This document shows, one piece after another, positions 26,791 through 34,999 of a DNA stretch of 64,000 nt. The notes below the pieces were generated by a model that was given only the letters and a program-made list of their open reading frames with translations, was not told where the DNA came from and made no database searches. The DNA comes from Acidobacteriota bacterium (GTDB lineage: Bacteria; Acidobacteriota; Thermoanaerobaculia; Multivoradales; Multivoraceae), in contig JBCCLJ010000007.1 in NCBI GenBank assembly GCA_039026915.1, positions 3,651-67,650 of the forward strand. The letters are read 5' to 3'. Position numbers and translations under genes: made by a program. How positions within the stretch are numbered: position 1 is the first letter of the stretch; the number at the start of each line of letters is the position of its first letter.

Positions 26791-28581
26791 TCAGGCGGAC
26801 GATTGCTGCGCGGCATCGGACAGTGAAGTGTCACGATTGGTAACAAATCGGTCATGCGGTAGATGCAGTCGAGCCAGTGCACCGCCCTCGTCGCGGTTCC
26901 TCAGTTGGACCGTTCCGCCGTGCAGCTCGGCGATGCGTCGGCTCAGTGCGAGCCCGAGTCCGACGCCCTGGGCGCTTCCTGAGGCGAACGGGTGGAAGAG
27001 TCGGTCGCGAACGGCGTCGGCGATCCCGGGGCCACGGTCCTCGATCAGGACGTCGAAGCCTTCGTCGACCGCCACGATGCGCACACGAATCGGCTCGTCG
27101 GCGTGCGCGCCCTCGCGTTGCGCGCGCGCTGCGTTGTGCAGAAGGTTGCGCAGGGCTCTCTCGAGCAGCTGGGGATCACCGGAGACCTCGGCGGTGCCGA
27201 TCTTGCTGCGGACGGCGATCGGGACCTTTGCGAGAACCGGATCGGAAGCGGCGCGGTGCACGAGACGCTCGAGGACGACCGGCTCGACGCGCACCGATCC
27301 GGGGCGGGCGAAGCTCAGGAAGTCTTCGACGACTCTCTGCAGGTGGTCGGCTTCGTGGCGCAGTTCGACGAGATCCTCTTGCAGAGCTTGGGCCTCTACC
27401 GTCGCGCTGCGCTCGATCAACGTGAGATAGCCGCGCAAGGAGGCGAGTCCGTTGCGGAGCTCGTGGGCGAGCCCCGCCGTCAGCGCGCCGATCTGCTCGA
27501 GGCTCTCGCTGAGCCGCTCCTCCTCGTTGCGCTTGCGAATCTCGGTGAGATCGGCGAAGAGTCCGAGCCAGCCGCGCACGGCGCCGTCTTCACGGTGCAG
27601 CGGGTGCACGGTGAGTCCGACAGTGCGCTCGCTCGCTCCGGTCAGATCGCATTCACGTCGCTGAATGCCCGAGCCAGAGGCGACCGCCTCCTCGAGCGTC
27701 TGTCGCAGCGGGTTGTCGGCCGGCAGAAGCTCTTCGAGGTTCGTGCCAGGATCGACCTCCCGTTCGATTTCGAGGAGCTCGCGCCCCGCCGGGTTGATCG
27801 AAAGGACTTCACCGCGCGCATCGAGTACGAGCAGCCCGCTCTCGAGTCCGGTGGCAAGCGTGCGCTGCAGAGCTGCGATGTCCGCCTCGAAGGCGGGTGG
27901 GTCGTCTCCGTCGACCGGACGTTCGAGCGCCGTGACGGCGCGCTCGAAGGTCTCGAGCAGCATCTCGACGTCGTCCTTGTCGCTCGGCTCGGTCCCCTGC
28001 AGGCTCTTGGCTCGATCGAGCAAGGCGTCGAGAGGCCGCAGCAGATGACGAAGATAGAGGATGACCAGAACCAGGAGCCCGGCGTTGACGGAGAGCACCA
28101 GAGCGACCAGCAGCGGAAGCGCGCGGGACTGCCCGAGCAGCACCGGTGCTCGGTAGTCGACGCGGACGAAGGTTGGTTCGCTCGGCGTCGTTGCCATGGG
28201 CGAGAGGCCGACGATCGTGCCCGTCGCGCTCAGCGGGCCGATGCCCACGGGCTCCCTCACGTTCGGCAGTGCGAGGGGGGCCGGAGCGCTGCCGATTCCG
28301 ACCTCGACGATGGGCAGCCCCATCTCGTCGATGATCGCGACAGAGTCGGCGCCGAGGAGCATCCGGCTCAGAGTTGCTTCGTCGGGCATGCTCCGACCGA
28401 GTCGCGACGCGATTGCGGCCGCAGTCGAGGCCGCGCGGCTGCGCTCGTCGTCGACCAGGCGGGAGATGCTGGCTCGGTAAGAGAAGAGCGTGAAGGTCGA
28501 CAGGGCGATGAGGCCGAGCAGCGCCGCCGGCAGCAGGATGCTTGCTTCGCGTCGGAATCCGAGCTTGGGCCAGCTGCTCAC
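26791..28581 (-). CDS. Sensor histidine kinase (2 TM helices, PAS, HisKA, HATPase_c). It is a PilS/NtrB-like candidate partner of the sigma-54 regulator.
   Basis: It has two TM segments flanking a periplasmic loop, a PAS region, an H-box LAHELRNGLASLRGY, and N and G boxes (LLHNAARA, DRGPGI, GVGLGLALSRRIAELHGG). Confidence 0.8.
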   Translation of the reverse strand: MSSWPKLGFRREASILLPAALLGLIALSTFTLFSYRASISRLVDDERSRAASTAAAIASRLGRSMPDEATLSRMLLGADSVAIIDEMGLPIVEVGIGSAPAPLALPNVREPVGIGPLSATGTIVGLSPMATTPSEPTFVRVDYRAPVLLGQSRALPLLVALVLSVNAGLLVLVILYLRHLLRPLDALLDRAKSLQGTEPSDKDDVEMLLETFERAVTALERPVDGDDPPAFEADIAALQRTLATGLESGLLVLDARGEVLSINPAGRELLEIEREVDPGTNLEELLPADNPLRQTLEEAVASGSGIQRRECDLTGASERTVGLTVHPLHREDGAVRGWLGLFADLTEIRKRNEEERLSESLEQIGALTAGLAHELRNGLASLRGYLTLIERSATVEAQALQEDLVELRHEADHLQRVVEDFLSFARPGSVRVEPVVLERLVHRAASDPVLAKVPIAVRSKIGTAEVSGDPQLLERALRNLLHNAARAQREGAHADEPIRVRIVAVDEGFDVLIEDRGPGIADAVRDRLFHPFASGSAQGVGLGLALSRRIAELHGGTVQLRNRDEGGALARLHLPHDRFVTNRDTSLSDAAQQSSA

Positions 28582-28591
28582 GACACGCGAC

Positions 28592-29377
28592 TCAGAGCAG
28601 TTGCAGGTAGCTGCTGACCAGCTGCGGTCCGACGAAGAGCGCGATCAGGCTGGCGACGGCGAGAAAGACACCGAAGGGCAACTTCGATTGGAGGTCGCCG
28701 CTGCCGCGCGCGAGCAGCGCCGCGCCGACGATCGATCCCAGGATCGACGATAGAAAGAGGGTCACGACGACGCCTCCGACTCCGAGGAACGAGCCGATCG
28801 CAGCCAGCATTTTGGGATCGCCCAGGCCCATACCCATCTGACGGCGGATCAGGTACCAGACGCCGATCAGCAGCAGCAGCGATCCCGCTCCGAGCACGAT
28901 GCCGAAGAGCGAGCCGAGCGGCGTCACGAGAGGGGACCAGAAGGAGAGAAGGAGGCCGAGCACCATTCCTGGGTAGGTGAGTCTGTCCGGGAGGATGAAG
29001 TGCTCCGCGTCGATCAGGGCCAGCGACAGCATGAGAAAAACGAAGAGCATGGCGATCGGGGTGGCCAGGGTGAATCCGAAGGTCAGAAAGCAAGCGCCGA
29101 AAAGGACGCCCGTCAGCGCTTCCACCGCCGGATAACGCGCAGAGATTCCGAGGCCGCATTGGCGGCAGCGACCCTTCAGCAACAGGTAGCTCAGCACCGG
29201 AATGTTGTCGCGGGCCAGAACCGGCTCGCCGCAGCCCGGGCAGCGCGAGCGCGGTCGCACCGTCGACATGCCGCGCGGCAGTCGATAGACGACGACGTTC
29301 AGGTAGCTTCCGACGACCAGTCCGACGACGATGGCGTAGGCCATCGCGATCCAGAAAAGCTGAGGACTCGTGCTCAA
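28592..29377 (-). CDS. pilD: Prepilin peptidase (A24 family) PilD/GspO
   Basis: It has a Cys-tetrad zinc motif (CPGCGEPV...CRQCG) and multiple TM helices, including a helix with the GDPKMLAAIG motif. Confidence 0.85.
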   Translation of the reverse strand: MSTSPQLFWIAMAYAIVVGLVVGSYLNVVVYRLPRGMSTVRPRSRCPGCGEPVLARDNIPVLSYLLLKGRCRQCGLGISARYPAVEALTGVLFGACFLTFGFTLATPIAMLFVFLMLSLALIDAEHFILPDRLTYPGMVLGLLLSFWSPLVTPLGSLFGIVLGAGSLLLLIGVWYLIRRQMGMGLGDPKMLAAIGSFLGVGGVVVTLFLSSILGSIVGAALLARGSGDLQSKLPFGVFLAVASLIALFVGPQLVSSYLQLL

Positions 29378-29388
29378 GAGACTCGGTC

Positions 29389-30870
29389 TCAGCGTCGAGA
29401 CTCGGTGAGCGAAGCAAGGATGTGTCGCATGACGTCGACGCCGGCGTCGAAGTCGTCGACTCGGATGTACTCGTCCGGTCCGTGAATGCCCCGGCTATCG
29501 GCCCCTGCGATCGCGAAGGGAGAGAAACCGTAGGCCTCGACGCCGCGCGCTCGGAAGTAGCGACTGTCCGTCGTGCCGGGGATGAGAATCGGCAGGATCG
29601 GAAGCTCGTGGTGTTCCGGCAGAGCGCGAATCGCCCTCTGGAGGTCCTCATAGCCGCCCGCTTCGAGGGTCGGCTCGGCGACCTGAGGCGAACTGACGGT
29701 CACCTCGACGTCGACGTTGGGTCCGACCGCCTCTCGTACGTTCGCGAGGAAGGCCTCGCCGTCGGTGTCGGGCAGCAGGCGCACGTCGACGAGCGCCGAT
29801 GCGTTCGCCGGCACGACGTTCACCGAGCTGTCCCCGTTGTCGATGCGGGTCACCTGGACGGTGTCGAGGAACGCGGTCTGCATTCCGGGCAGCAGAACGC
29901 TGTAGAGACCGCCCTGCTGATCCAGCTCACGCAGCCGATCTTCGATCGCCTGGCGATCCTCTTGTCCGAAGAGAGCCCGGAACTTGGCGCCGTGAAGGGG
30001 TGCGAGTGCCTGGAAGTAGAGATGAGCCGCGGGAGAGACGTGGATCTCACGGCCGCTCGAAGCGAGCAGCTGCGTGAGACCGCGGGTGAGCGTATGGGTC
30101 GCACTGTCCGGATTGAAGCCCGAGCCGTGGCCGCCGCGGCCGCGTGCTGTCAGCCGGAGCCAGAGCGGTCGTTTCTGCGCGAACTCGATGCCCCACCAGA
30201 GCATGCGTCCGTTGACGGTCTTGTTCAGTCCCGCCTCGTTGAGCACGAGATCGGCATCTGCGAAGAGCTCGGGGTACTGGTCCAGGACGAACGCCGCGCC
30301 CTGACCGCCGCCGGCCTCCTCGTCAGCGACGGCGAGATAGATGACGTTGCGGTCGACCGGACCGCCGGCGTCGAGCAGAGTGAGCAGCGCCTCGAGGTGC
30401 GCGATGCCAAGGCTCTTGCTGTCGATGGCGCCGCGACCCCAGATCTTGCCGTCGGCAATGTCTCCGGAGAAGGCGCCGCGCGTCCAGCCGCTGCCTGCGG
30501 GTACGACGTCGATGTGATGGAGCAGGACGATCGACGGTGCGGGCTGCCGCTGAGCTTCGACCTTCGCGTACAGGCTCGTCCGGCCGTCGGGGGTGACGAG
30601 CAGCTGCGTCGTCACGTCGCGTGCGTGAAGGAGGGAGGCGAGGTAGTGAGCGCCCGCGGCTTCAAGGCCTGGAGGGTTCGTCGTATCGATGCGCAGATAC
30701 GCCTGCAGGCGCGAGCGTGGGTCCGGGGCGGCGGTCGAGCCGTCGTCACCTCCGGTGGGCTGACCCAGCAGAAGAGCTGCGCAGAGACAGAGAAGCGTAG
30801 AGAGCCGCCGCCGACGAGTCGAGCCGGGCCACGGCGCTTTCCGGCGGACGCTGTAGGGAGAGCTCTTCAT
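29389..30870 (-). CDS. Secreted M20-family metallopeptidase (ArgE/DapE/CPG2-like), paralog 1
   Basis: It has a signal peptide and M20 motifs (LLHHIDVVPA, GRGAIDSKSLG, ADEEAGG). It is paralogous to the 31806..33248 product, sharing LQAYLRIDTTNPPG against LQALLRIDTTEQTG. Confidence 0.7.
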   Translation of the reverse strand: MKSSPYSVRRKAPWPGSTRRRRLSTLLCLCAALLLGQPTGGDDGSTAAPDPRSRLQAYLRIDTTNPPGLEAAGAHYLASLLHARDVTTQLLVTPDGRTSLYAKVEAQRQPAPSIVLLHHIDVVPAGSGWTRGAFSGDIADGKIWGRGAIDSKSLGIAHLEALLTLLDAGGPVDRNVIYLAVADEEAGGGQGAAFVLDQYPELFADADLVLNEAGLNKTVNGRMLWWGIEFAQKRPLWLRLTARGRGGHGSGFNPDSATHTLTRGLTQLLASSGREIHVSPAAHLYFQALAPLHGAKFRALFGQEDRQAIEDRLRELDQQGGLYSVLLPGMQTAFLDTVQVTRIDNGDSSVNVVPANASALVDVRLLPDTDGEAFLANVREAVGPNVDVEVTVSSPQVAEPTLEAGGYEDLQRAIRALPEHHELPILPILIPGTTDSRYFRARGVEAYGFSPFAIAGADSRGIHGPDEYIRVDDFDAGVDVMRHILASLTESRR

Positions 30871-30936
30871 CGCGGGGCACCTTCGGTGCGCTGGTTTCAG
30901 TCTATGAGAGCGATGGCTGCCGTGGTCGAGGTCGGC

Positions 30937-30971
30937 AGAAAAGAAAAAGGCGCCGTGCTCAGCACGGCGCC
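30937..30971 (-). terminator. Intrinsic (Rho-independent) terminator downstream of the pilin gene
   Basis: A perfect 10-bp GC-rich inverted repeat (GGCGCCGTGC tca GCACGGCGCC) reads on the minus strand as a hairpin followed by a TTTTTCTTTTCT tract. It lies about 30 nt after the pilin stop at 31001. Coordinates are +/-2 nt. Confidence 0.6.
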
Positions 30972-31000
30972 CATCGCATCGGATTGGATCTCAGTCTGAC

Positions 31001-31564
31001 TTAGGAGCCGGCGCCCGAGGCGGCCGCGGAACCGCTGGGGTAGCGGACGAAGTAGCCGTCAGCCCAGACGATGTCCTGGTCGTAGTCGGTGGCGATGAAC
31101 GGACCCGGCGTGTAGGTGCCGGCGGAAGCCGTCAGGTCGCGGCCGAGGCTGCGGATGGCCATGACGTTCGAGCCGGAGAGGAGGTTGGCGTCGGTGCCGA
31201 TGAAGCCGAAGCCGTAGTTGTTGCCCCAGCCGTCGACGCGGGGAACTTCCTGCATGTAGAAGAAGGTGTCCGACGGGCGCAGGAGAGCCTGCAGGTCAGA
31301 GTGGTCGTAGCTGCTCGCGAGCCAGGTGTAGGTGGCGGCGGAGCCAGCGGCCGAGGAGCCGGCGGCGTCGGTGAGCCAGGACATCCAGGCGGTACCGATG
31401 GTGCGGACGTCCGCGACCGAGCGCTTCTGCTTGGCCTTCTGCAGGGCGTCGATGAGGTTGGGGATGAGGATTGCGGCGATGATGCCGATGATAGCGACGA
31501 CGATGAGGAGCTCGATGAGGGTGAAACCACCCTGGCTCTTCCGGTTCCGGATTCGATTCATCAT
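31001..31564 (-). CDS. pilA: Type IV pilin (PilA-like major pilin candidate). It lacks cysteines and has a Ser/Ala/Gly-rich C-terminus ending in Ser.
   Basis: I set the start at the ATG ATG at 31564 with a strong AAGGAGAAG Shine-Dalgarno. The leader is MMNRIRNRKSQGG|FTLIELLIVVAIIGIIAAILIPNL with Glu at +5. It has its own sigma-54-like promoter and a terminator. The track ORF start at 31666 is too far upstream. Confidence 0.7.
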   Translation of the reverse strand: MMNRIRNRKSQGGFTLIELLIVVAIIGIIAAILIPNLIDALQKAKQKRSVADVRTIGTAWMSWLTDAAGSSAAGSAATYTWLASSYDHSDLQALLRPSDTFFYMQEVPRVDGWGNNYGFGFIGTDANLLSGSNVMAIRSLGRDLTASAGTYTPGPFIATDYDQDIVWADGYFVRYPSGSAAASGAGS

Positions 31565-31622
31565 TTGGGTCTTCTCCTTGGTTAAGTCATGGCCCGGTCG
31601 GGCTTGATTCGAGGAGCTAGAA

Positions 31623-31638
31623 AGCAGGATGCGTGCCA
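31623..31638 (-). promoter_or_regulatory. Sigma-54 (-24/-12) promoter candidate for the pilin gene
   Basis: The minus-strand sequence TGGCACGcatcCTGCT matches the consensus TGGCACG-N4-TTGCW, with GG and GC at the correct spacing. It lies about 60 nt upstream of the pilin ATG. Coordinates are +/-1 nt. Confidence 0.5.
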
Positions 31639-31805
31639 GCCCTGCCAAGGGTCGTATTCCCTTCAAAAACTAGTAAATGCTAAGGCTACCCAAGTTCGTC
31701 TGACAATATGTGACACCAACTCCTGTCACTGGATGAGGTTTGCAGCGGGAAAGGACTCCCCGCACCGCGCGGCTGATCCGTTGCGGTGCACCCGGTCTCG
31801 ACGCA

Positions 31806-33248
31806 TCAGCGCTTCAGGAGCGCGTCGACGAGCTCGACGTAGAGATCGACGCCGCCGACGAAGGCGGGGAGTGCGATGCGCTCGTCTGGACCGTTGATCG
31901 TCGCCGCATCGGTCGCCAGGGCCAGGAACGGAGAGAAGCCGTAGCTCGGCACGCCCGCACCGCGAAAGAAACGTGAGTCGTTGGCGTAGAGCGTCAGAAA
32001 GAAGGGGCCCGTTGCTTCCGTCTCGAAGCGTTCTCTCAGTAGCTCCTGGATGCCCTCATAGGCTGGATGATCGAGCGGACTGGACGCGGCAGCCCCGAAC
32101 GGACCTTCGACGGTCATGCCGAGTCCGTGCGTCATCCACTCGGGCAGCAGTCGCTTCATCGCTCGATTCAGATCCTGCCCTGGACGCAGATGGACCATGA
32201 GACGCATGCGGAAGCCCTGGGTGCCGGGGTCCTTCTCGATCGGAAAGGCGTGGACCTCGTCGCGAAAGAGCGCCTGCATGTACGCCGGCAGGAAGAGGAA
32301 GTCTTCGATGTTCTCCAGAGCCGAGTCAGGATCCGAGAGGATTCGTGCGAAGGAGGTCTCTTCGCGTGACGGCGCGTAGGAGCGCAGGAATTCCCGTGCC
32401 GGCTCCGTCAGAGAGAGGTCGTCGATGAGGTGTCCGCGGGTCGAGAGGTCCTCGTAGAGATCCTCCAGGCGCTGCCGGGTGCGGGTACAGACCCAGACCT
32501 CGGCGAAGTGCTTCTGGGCGAACGCCGTCCCCCAGTACTTGATCGTCTCGCGGTCCGTTGCCTCGACGACGCCGCCTTCGGTCAAGAGCGCCCAGGTGCG
32601 ATCGACGAGCTCCGGGTACATCCGCACGATCCACTGGGCTCCCAGATGGCTTCCCGTTTCTTCGCTGCTCGTCGCGAGCAGGATCAGAGAGCGCTCCGGG
32701 ATCTCGCCCGTCGTTTCGATCTTCTCTCGAACCCGAAGAAAGGCCTCGAGCTGTGCCGACGCCACCGACTTCATGTCGAAGGCGCCGCGTCCGTAGATCC
32801 ACGGCCCCTCGATCTCGCCGCTGAAGGGACCGAACTCCCAACGGTCGGGTTGGCGGATCGGGTCGGTGTCGAGATGGCTGTGCAGAACGAGGGCCTCTGA
32901 AGACTGTCCTTCGATGATCGCCCAGAAGTTGGCGCGGTCTTCGATCAGAGCCTCGACCGTCGGTTCGATGCCGGCCTCGCGCACGACGTCGGCGAGGTAG
33001 TTGGCGGCCTGAAGCTCGCTGCCCGTCTGCTCGGTGGTATCGATGCGCAGGAGCGCCTGCAGGTGTTGGACGCTGCGCTCGGCGGCAAAGTCGAAGGTGC
33101 TCCACTCGGTGTCGATGCCGAGATTCAGTGCGCGCTGAACCCACGGGCTGAGCAGCAGAAAGAGGCCGGTCGTGACGGCGAAGCTGCCCCAGAGCCCGAA
33201 ACGGGCTGAGGATCTCAGAGTCTTCTGCACGGGTGTTCGCTCGGCCAT
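31806..33248 (-). CDS. Secreted/membrane-anchored M20-family metallopeptidase, paralog 2
   Basis: I set the start at the ATG at 33248 (MAERTPVQKTLRSSARFGLWGSFAVTTGLFLLLSP), which gives a signal-anchor. M20 motifs are present (LHSHLDTDP, GRGAFDMKSVASAQLEAF, SSEETGS). The upstream part of the track ORF is low-complexity Arg-rich junk. Confidence 0.7.
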   Translation of the reverse strand: MAERTPVQKTLRSSARFGLWGSFAVTTGLFLLLSPWVQRALNLGIDTEWSTFDFAAERSVQHLQALLRIDTTEQTGSELQAANYLADVVREAGIEPTVEALIEDRANFWAIIEGQSSEALVLHSHLDTDPIRQPDRWEFGPFSGEIEGPWIYGRGAFDMKSVASAQLEAFLRVREKIETTGEIPERSLILLATSSEETGSHLGAQWIVRMYPELVDRTWALLTEGGVVEATDRETIKYWGTAFAQKHFAEVWVCTRTRQRLEDLYEDLSTRGHLIDDLSLTEPAREFLRSYAPSREETSFARILSDPDSALENIEDFLFLPAYMQALFRDEVHAFPIEKDPGTQGFRMRLMVHLRPGQDLNRAMKRLLPEWMTHGLGMTVEGPFGAAASSPLDHPAYEGIQELLRERFETEATGPFFLTLYANDSRFFRGAGVPSYGFSPFLALATDAATINGPDERIALPAFVGGVDLYVELVDALLKR

Positions 33249-33317
33249 GACGCGGGAGTCTAGCTTGGAGATCGCCCGTATGTTCCTCGGACGCACCCGC
33301 GGCCATAGAGTGCGGCC

Positions 33318-34916
33318 ATGAGGGTGACGAAGGAGAGCCTGGTGCGGTCCTGGCTGACCGGGGATGCACTCATCCCCCTGTCGGTCGCCGTCGTTCTCTG
33401 CGTCGGTTTCCTCGCCGCGGAGCGCTCTGTCCTCGGCGAGTTCGGCTTCCCGCTCGACGACGCCTGGATGCACCTGCAGTACGCGCGCAGTCTGGCGACG
33501 GGCGACGGCTTCAGCTTCCAGGGCGACGGGACCGGAGCGGGGGCGGCCGCACCTCTGTGGACGGCCATGCTGGCTCCGGGCGCCTGGGCGACGCCCGTCG
33601 GCGTCTTGTGGGCGAAGGCGCTCGGCATCGCGCTGCACCTTCTGGGAGTTGCCGTCCTGCTGAGTCTGGCGTCGCTCTGGGGTCTCGGTCGTTGGGCGTC
33701 ACTGCTGGCCGTCACTCTCTATCTACTGACGCGATGGACGCTCTGGTCGGCGCTTTCGGGAATGGAGATCTCGCTCTTCGTCCTCCTCTGTCTGCTGGGC
33801 GTGCGCCAGCACGTCCTCGACGTGCAGGCGTCGGCAGAGCGCTCCCGCTTTCCCTGGTCGACGCTCTGGCTGTCGCTGGCGACCCTGGCGCGTCCGGAGG
33901 GTCTGCTCCTCATCGTGCTGTGTTGGGCGGAGAGGTTGCTGAGCCTGAGCCGGCAGGGAGAGCAGAGCTCGATCGGCCTGCGCTCGACGCCCAACCGGCT
34001 GGGGCTTCACGCCGGACTTGCTCTGCTGCTTCTGACGCCGACGGCGCTCTACAACCTCGGCACCTCGGGCAGCGCACTGCCGATGGGGCTGGCCGCGACG
34101 TCGGACACTTCGCTGGGCCTGCCGAGGCTGAGAGATCTTTGGGAGATGGGCCTCGTCCTCTTCCCGGCACAGCCCTGGCTGACGCTCCTCCTAGGTGCCG
34201 GCGTCGTGGCGGCGCTGCGGACGCCGGAACGATCCCTGGTGCCCGCCGCGTGGCCGATCCTGCTGCCGATCGTCTATTCGGTGCTCGGCGGTGGCCTCCA
34301 TCAGGTGCACCACGGCCGCTACCTCTTCCCTCTCTTTCCCTTTTTCTGCCTGCTGGGCGGCCGGGCGCTGGCAGAGCTCGCGGCCGTCATGGCAGAGCGC
34401 CGGTTGTTCGGCATCCGGCTCCGCCACGCCGTTGCCGCCCTGCTGCTGATCACGGCCGTCGGTTCCTTGCGCGACGGACTCGATCACTATCTCGGCAACG
34501 TCACCGACGTCACCGACTCGGACGTGGCCATGGCGCGGTGGGCAGCGGCCAACCTGCCGCGCGACGCCGTGCTGGCCGTGCAGGACGTCGGCGCCTTCGG
34601 CTATCTGGCGCCCCAGCGTCTCGTCGACATGGGCGGCATCGTGACGCCCGAGATCCTGCCCTACCTTCGCGGTGAGCTGCGCGGCGCCCATCCGAGCGGC
34701 CTCGAAGGCTGGGCGACGTTCCTGCAGCAGCGGGACGTCGATTTCGTCGTGCTCTTCCCGGCGTCCTTTCGCGGTGGACTGCGCGACATCGACGCGGTCC
34801 TGCCCGGGGCCCGCATGGTGCATCGAGCAACGCTCGAGAACAACATCACGATGGCAGGGCCGGATCTCGTCGTGCTCGCCACGCCCTGGGGCCGGGGCGG
34901 CGGCAATCGTCCCTAG
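33318..34916 (+). CDS. Polytopic membrane protein, putative GT-C-fold glycosyltransferase (ArnT/PMT-like architecture); paralog of 36643..38253
   Basis: It has about 11 TM helices. An acidic motif in the first extracytoplasmic loop (FPLDDAWMHLQYARSLATGDG) resembles the DD/DE motifs of GT-C enzymes. It has a C-terminal soluble domain (NVTDVTDSDVAMARWAAANLP...). The family assignment is inferred, not proven. Confidence 0.5.
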   Translation: MRVTKESLVRSWLTGDALIPLSVAVVLCVGFLAAERSVLGEFGFPLDDAWMHLQYARSLATGDGFSFQGDGTGAGAAAPLWTAMLAPGAWATPVGVLWAKALGIALHLLGVAVLLSLASLWGLGRWASLLAVTLYLLTRWTLWSALSGMEISLFVLLCLLGVRQHVLDVQASAERSRFPWSTLWLSLATLARPEGLLLIVLCWAERLLSLSRQGEQSSIGLRSTPNRLGLHAGLALLLLTPTALYNLGTSGSALPMGLAATSDTSLGLPRLRDLWEMGLVLFPAQPWLTLLLGAGVVAALRTPERSLVPAAWPILLPIVYSVLGGGLHQVHHGRYLFPLFPFFCLLGGRALAELAAVMAERRLFGIRLRHAVAALLLITAVGSLRDGLDHYLGNVTDVTDSDVAMARWAAANLPRDAVLAVQDVGAFGYLAPQRLVDMGGIVTPEILPYLRGELRGAHPSGLEGWATFLQQRDVDFVVLFPASFRGGLRDIDAVLPGARMVHRATLENNITMAGPDLVVLATPWGRGGGNRP

Positions 34917-34999
34917 CAGCCTGCGGTAGAAGCCCGTGCAGAGGGGCCTACGCTGCGGGATCCCCACGCTCAGTTACACGCGACTCTCATCACGGGCCG

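Noticed and set aside
26992-28617. A 541-aa plus-strand ORF
   Set aside because: It is antisense to the histidine kinase gene, whose H, N and G boxes are unambiguous.
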